This document shows, piece after piece, positions 61,401-64,000 of a DNA stretch of 64,000 bases. Where the stretch lies: positions 1,240,001 to 1,304,000 of the forward strand of contig NC_092672.1 in assembly GCF_964355755.1 (NCBI RefSeq). The letters run 5' to 3'. Under the pieces are notes generated by a model, which saw only the letters and a list, made by a program, of their open reading frames with translations, did not search any database and was not told the origin of the DNA. A program made the translations under genes and the position numbers. Numbering within the stretch: position 1 is the stretch's first letter; each line of letters opens with the position of its first letter. This stretch comes from Antedon mediterranea (Eukaryota > Animalia > Echinodermata).

Positions 61401-63406
61401 GTCTTATTACAATTAAAGCCCCATTCCCTACGTTTTTTAGATCTAATTTAAGATCACAAACTATATTTAATGTAAAAATAATACTATATGGTCCTATTGC
61501 GATAACTTTTTTCGTCTTTAAACGGTTAAAAATGTGAAAAATAAATCGATTTTAATAATTATAGCGGCCCGCTATAAATCCCAAAATGCATTGCGCGCGG
61601 ATTGATATTGTTGTTTTTCACCTGTAATTCGCCCACTTTTCGATCGATCGTGAAGCCAAAACAAATGGAAGACTCCTAACTTTTCAGCGAAAATACTGGG
61701 TTTTCCCCAATTTGTATCAACGGAGTCTGGCAAAAATAGAAAGACAATTAATGCAGCAACTATACAACGTCAAACTAGGTATATAGCTAGCGTACGATGT
61801 TCGTACGTTACCGATGTTTACCAGCTAGGCCTACAAAACTAAGCCTAGCTAGGCTAGGCCTGAGACCGTCCACGAGAGGTCGATCGCCGCGAGCTACTTA
61901 GGTAGTGCATTGTTTCTCACTTTTTATCATAATTTACCATAAAACGTACATTTAAGACAAGGAATGACATGGTTTAATGTTTTTAAAGTGATATATATGT
62001 ATTATTTTCCAAAAAACGTCCAAAATTGCAGGGAAGGGGTCTTTAAGTCTCATTGGGTGTGGAGTTGTAAATTGTCCAGACACTGACTTCATTAAAAGTT
62101 GAAAACAAATATTTAGAAAATAATGTTTTAATGTTACTTTTAACCTCAGAAATATTCTGGTTTCTTTGTTTGAGTAAATTTAACGTAACATTTCGTAATT
62201 TTAAAATGTTTAAAACACTTACCTAGTTTCTGGGTTGTATCCAAGAATATAAAAGAAACAATTGCGATCAGCTTCAAAATCTTTTGCACTGTGGATGTCA
62301 TTATAATGCTTCACGGTACATTTACCCCTACGGAAAAATTGAACAAGTTAAAACCAATTGATCATTCCTTTTAGTACAATATTAAAGACGTTATTTCCAG
62401 TAATTTACTGTCATGTTTACTAATGAAGTTATAAATGGAATAAGAATTTAAATTTCTACATAGTTATAACTGTATAAAGTTAAGTGTAGTGTAATGTTGT
62501 AGTTATATTATCAAAGACTACTATATTTAATAAGACAATTTGGAAATTGGAGACAACTCTGGGATATATTGTTCCCTTGGGTTGTCAAAACTTGAATTTA
62601 TATTTATTCATTAATTTTACTCAAGGCAACAGTTTCCCAGTAATGTGTTTTATAAAAGGATCTTGTCATAAAAAGTGTGTGACTTTCTGTAACTTTATAA
62701 ACACACAGTGTAAGTCTCGGGCGTGTCAGATATAAACAGCTCACGGTTCTTACCTTAGTAAACACACAGTGTAAGTCTCGGGCGTGTCATATATAAACAG
62801 CTCACGGTTCTTACCTTAGTAAACACACAGTGTAAGTCTCGGGCGTGTCAGATATAAACAGCTCACGGTTCTTACCTTAGTAAACACACAGTGTAAGTCT
62901 CGGGTGTGTCAGATATAAACAGCTCACGGTTCTTCACCACAGGATCAGTGATAATAAGATCAAAACCAGAATCTGAAAAAACACATCATGAATAATAAGA
63001 TTTATAGACCTAATGACAGGTGACAGACCTAATTTGCATATTTGCTACTTTAATGCATATCCTTAATTTGTATATGATATTTTCTGATTGTACCTTTTAA
63101 ACATGTGTCCACATGTGTACAAAATTCATGGTTATGAATTAATAAGATACCAATTTCATAGAAAAAAATCAGTTATGTTATAAAAAAAAAAAGAAGCTAA
63201 TTTGCATAATTACTGAATACTGAATACTATACATTCTGCAAGTTGTTCTCTTGTTGGAATGAAGAGGTCACACTCTAACTTAAATAAATCCAGTTCTTAC
63301 TATTTTCTGAGTGTCGATCTTGAACCAGCAGCTGATACACTGTCTCTGGTACTTCAACATGGCGATAGTACCACTTGGCTATCAAAATCACATTCTCACG
63401 TTTACT
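48460..63406 (-). CDS. RERE: RERE/atrophin transcriptional corepressor (BAH, ELM2, SANT, GATA-type Zn finger, atrophin C-terminus); 5' end lies beyond the window
   Basis: Exons 63406-63301, 62972-62876, 62327-62223, 60203-59930, 59491-59393, 56431-56351, 54894-54753, 54241-54155, 53304-53108, 52884-52732, 52328-52206, 51696-50363, 49841-49655, 49437-48460. Motifs include [110 protein letters not shown] dipeptide repeats and [11 protein letters not shown]. Confidence 0.95.
49655..49841 (-). CDS. RERE: RERE exon (atrophin domain)
   Basis: [19 protein letters not shown]...KKRKEA. Confidence 0.9.
49940..50072. mobile_element. MITE family A
   Basis: TIRs, TAA TSD. Confidence 0.8.
50363..51696 (-). 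CDS. RERE: RERE long acidic exon containing 13-aa repeats
   Basis: 1334-nt open exon, phase 0 to 2, ending RSGPSP...SRNTR. Confidence 0.88.
50503..50750 (-). repeat. 39-bp coding repeat ([13 protein letters not shown]) x~6 in RERE
   Basis: In-frame 13-aa repeats in the 473-aa ORF. Confidence 0.95.
52000..52157. mobile_element. MITE family B fragments
   Basis: GTGATTGGTCAA..TTACGTTACGTCTACG; GGAACCATGCTTTA end. Confidence 0.55.
52206..52328 (-). CDS. RERE: RERE exon
   Basis: [21 protein letters not shown]...; 123 nt, phase 0. Confidence 0.8.
52732..52884 (-). CDS. RERE: RERE exon
   Basis: KSSTLRSGR...; AG/GT bounded, 153 nt. Confidence 0.85.
53009..53084 (-). mobile_element. Degenerate tRNA-derived SINE head
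   Basis: The minus strand has A-box-like GTAGCTTGGT and B-box GGTTCAAGTCC at tRNA-like spacing; no intact cloverleaf. Confidence 0.45.
53108..53304 (-). CDS. RERE: RERE exon (GATA finger)
   Basis: [25 protein letters not shown]...FMFRPV. Confidence 0.92.
53448..53600. mobile_element. MITE family A
   Basis: Left TIR intact, right TIR truncated. Confidence 0.8.
53759..54106. mobile_element. MITE family D, TTAA TSD (Kolobok-like)
   Basis: TTAA|AGATGTATTGTCCCCC...GGGGGACAATACATCT|TTAA. Confidence 0.85.
54155..54241 (-). CDS. RERE: RERE exon (GATA finger start)
   Basis: [14 protein letters not shown]...GYACRHCF. Confidence 0.92.
54295..54660. repeat. Degenerate ~58-bp intronic tandem repeat
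   Basis: CCCTAGACGCATCATCATCATTATGTAATTGTTTGTG recurring. Confidence 0.85.
54753..54894 (-). CDS. RERE: RERE exon (SANT end)
   Basis: [17 protein letters not shown]...RPPNSEY. Confidence 0.92.
55202..55487. mobile_element. Possible old TTAA-flanked MITE
   Basis: ATCCTAAAGAGACC...GGTGTCTTTTAGGAT imperfect TIRs. Confidence 0.35.
56175..56323. repeat. ~60-bp-arm inverted repeat (hairpin) in a RERE intron
   Basis: ATCACAAGACATATTAAAG.TTATCTAAATATTTATGTTACAACAATATAATAATAT and its reverse complement. Confidence 0.9.
56351..56431 (-). CDS. RERE: RERE exon (SANT)
   Basis: [27 protein letters not shown]. Confidence 0.92.
56504..56768. repeat. 65-bp GC-rich tandem repeat x4
   Basis: ACTAAGGAACTCGGGTCCCTGCGGGTCCATGGCAGCCACAGTACACAGCATACCATTATCAGGAC. 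Confidence 0.95.
57850..57996. mobile_element. MITE family D (right part)
   Basis: AACCAAAAACCCATTGACTGGCTGCCAAT...GGGGGAAAATACATCT|TTAA. Confidence 0.7.
58372..58697. mobile_element. MITE family A with internal 21-bp unit expanded to ~10 copies
   Basis: Repeated GTGCCCAAATATGGTAGTGAT between degenerate family-A ends. Confidence 0.85.
59052..59178. repeat. 24-bp tandem repeat x5
   Basis: GGGACATTAATTAAGGGACATCTG. Confidence 0.95.
59393..59491 (-). CDS. RERE: RERE exon (ELM2-SANT)
   Basis: [15 protein letters not shown]...KWTEEET. Confidence 0.9.
59722..59848. mobile_element. MITE family A
   Basis: Both TIRs present. Confidence 0.82.
59930..60203 (-). CDS. RERE: RERE exon (ELM2)
   Basis: [20 protein letters not shown]...[11 protein letters not shown]. 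Confidence 0.93.
60332..61397. mobile_element. Non-autonomous PIF/Harbinger-like DNA transposon, 1066 bp
   Basis: 37-bp perfect TIR GGCCCTGTTCAGACCCATGGCGTTAGACCGTTTTAGC; 3-bp TSD AAA; subterminal TAGCGTACGACG / GTCTGAACA motifs; no ORF of 60 aa or more in the track. Confidence 0.88.
61417..62042. mobile_element. Non-autonomous TTAA-TSD element (Kolobok-like), 626 bp
   Basis: TTAA|AGCCCCATTCCCTAC...GCAGGGAAGGGGTCT|TTAA with imperfect TIRs. Confidence 0.72.
62223..62327 (-). CDS. RERE: RERE exon (BAH end)
   Basis: GKCTVKHY...[12 protein letters not shown]. Confidence 0.92.
62698..62934. repeat. 61-bp repeat x~4 made of the RERE exon 3' end plus splice donor
   Basis: Unit on the minus strand: GTAAGAACCGTGAGCTGTTTATATCTGACACGCCCGAGACTTACACTGTGTGTTTACTAAG. 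Confidence 0.95.
62876..62972 (-). CDS. RERE: RERE exon (BAH)
   Basis: [32 protein letters not shown]; 3' end tandemly duplicated. Confidence 0.9.
63301..63406 (-). CDS. RERE: RERE exon (BAH)
   Basis: [35 protein letters not shown]. Confidence 0.9.
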
Positions 63407-63431
63407 CTAGAATCAAAAGACAAAATCTTAA

Positions 63432-63599
63432 AGCTCTGTCTACACTATCAAACAAGTATGATATGCCCAAATATGGTAATGATACAGTATGCCCAAATAT
63501 GGTAGTGATATGACATCATTATGTCCGTACTGTATATGGGCACATCACATTTTTTTGTCACATAAATTGATATTGCAGACATAATCATATTTTAGAGCT
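63432..63599. mobile_element. MITE family A (degenerate right end)
   Basis: Left TIR plus internal units. Confidence 0.75.
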
Positions 63600-64000
63600 T
63601 ATAGTAAAAAGCAATGTTTGTGAAACCCTTTCATAGATAAACATTTGGATTATACAACTCATACATCACCACATCAGTGTCTCCAGAAAGACATTCACTT
63701 TTATTTTATAAAGAAAACAGAGATATTTTAGTATAATATCTTTATGAAGGAACCAACAACCAATGAAAGAAGATTTTAATTACCACAACACCACTATTTT
63801 AAATCAACTCTTCTCATAACAATAATATCACATTACCAATAGAAAGAGGACATATTTTGTAACCAATGATCAAGTTCTATTACAATTTAAACTAAACACC
63901 AACAATAGGATCAACAAACAAAGACAAGTCAATGATACATTTAACCTTCAAAAGAACAAAGAGCTAATATAAGAACCTGATGCAATGATTGGCATGCATT

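Overview
AT-rich, intron-rich animal genomic DNA, probably a marine invertebrate deuterostome; an echinoderm is plausible but this is inference. There are no prokaryotic systems. Three spliced protein-coding genes lie in tandem on the minus strand, and I reconstructed them exon by exon with GT-AG boundaries and consistent phases. They are a 5'-truncated RERE/atrophin (BAH-ELM2-SANT-GATA-atrophin; 14 exons visible), an ST6GalNAc3-6-type sialyltransferase (5 coding exons, ~375 aa) and PLEKHM2/SKIP (16 exons, ~1123 aa). The first ~23 kb has no recognisable coding exon. The window is dense in non-autonomous DNA transposons: about 16 copies of a TWA-TSD PIF/Harbinger-type MITE, a CCAAT-bearing palindromic MITE, TTAA-TSD Kolobok-like elements and a 1.07-kb Harbinger-like element. 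It also holds many minisatellites. The most striking observation is tandem arrays whose unit is the 3' end of a coding exon plus its 5' splice site: 33 GTAAGT donors after PLEKHM2 exon 4 and 3 donors after a RERE BAH exon, with two weaker cases. Other notable items are a 3.5-kb satellite built from two alternating hairpins, an 80-copy array of p53 half-site/forkhead-like motifs, a MITE that amplifies CArG boxes, and a SUMO-consensus repeat array inside RERE. All coordinates were counted by eye and may be off by a few bases for repeats.
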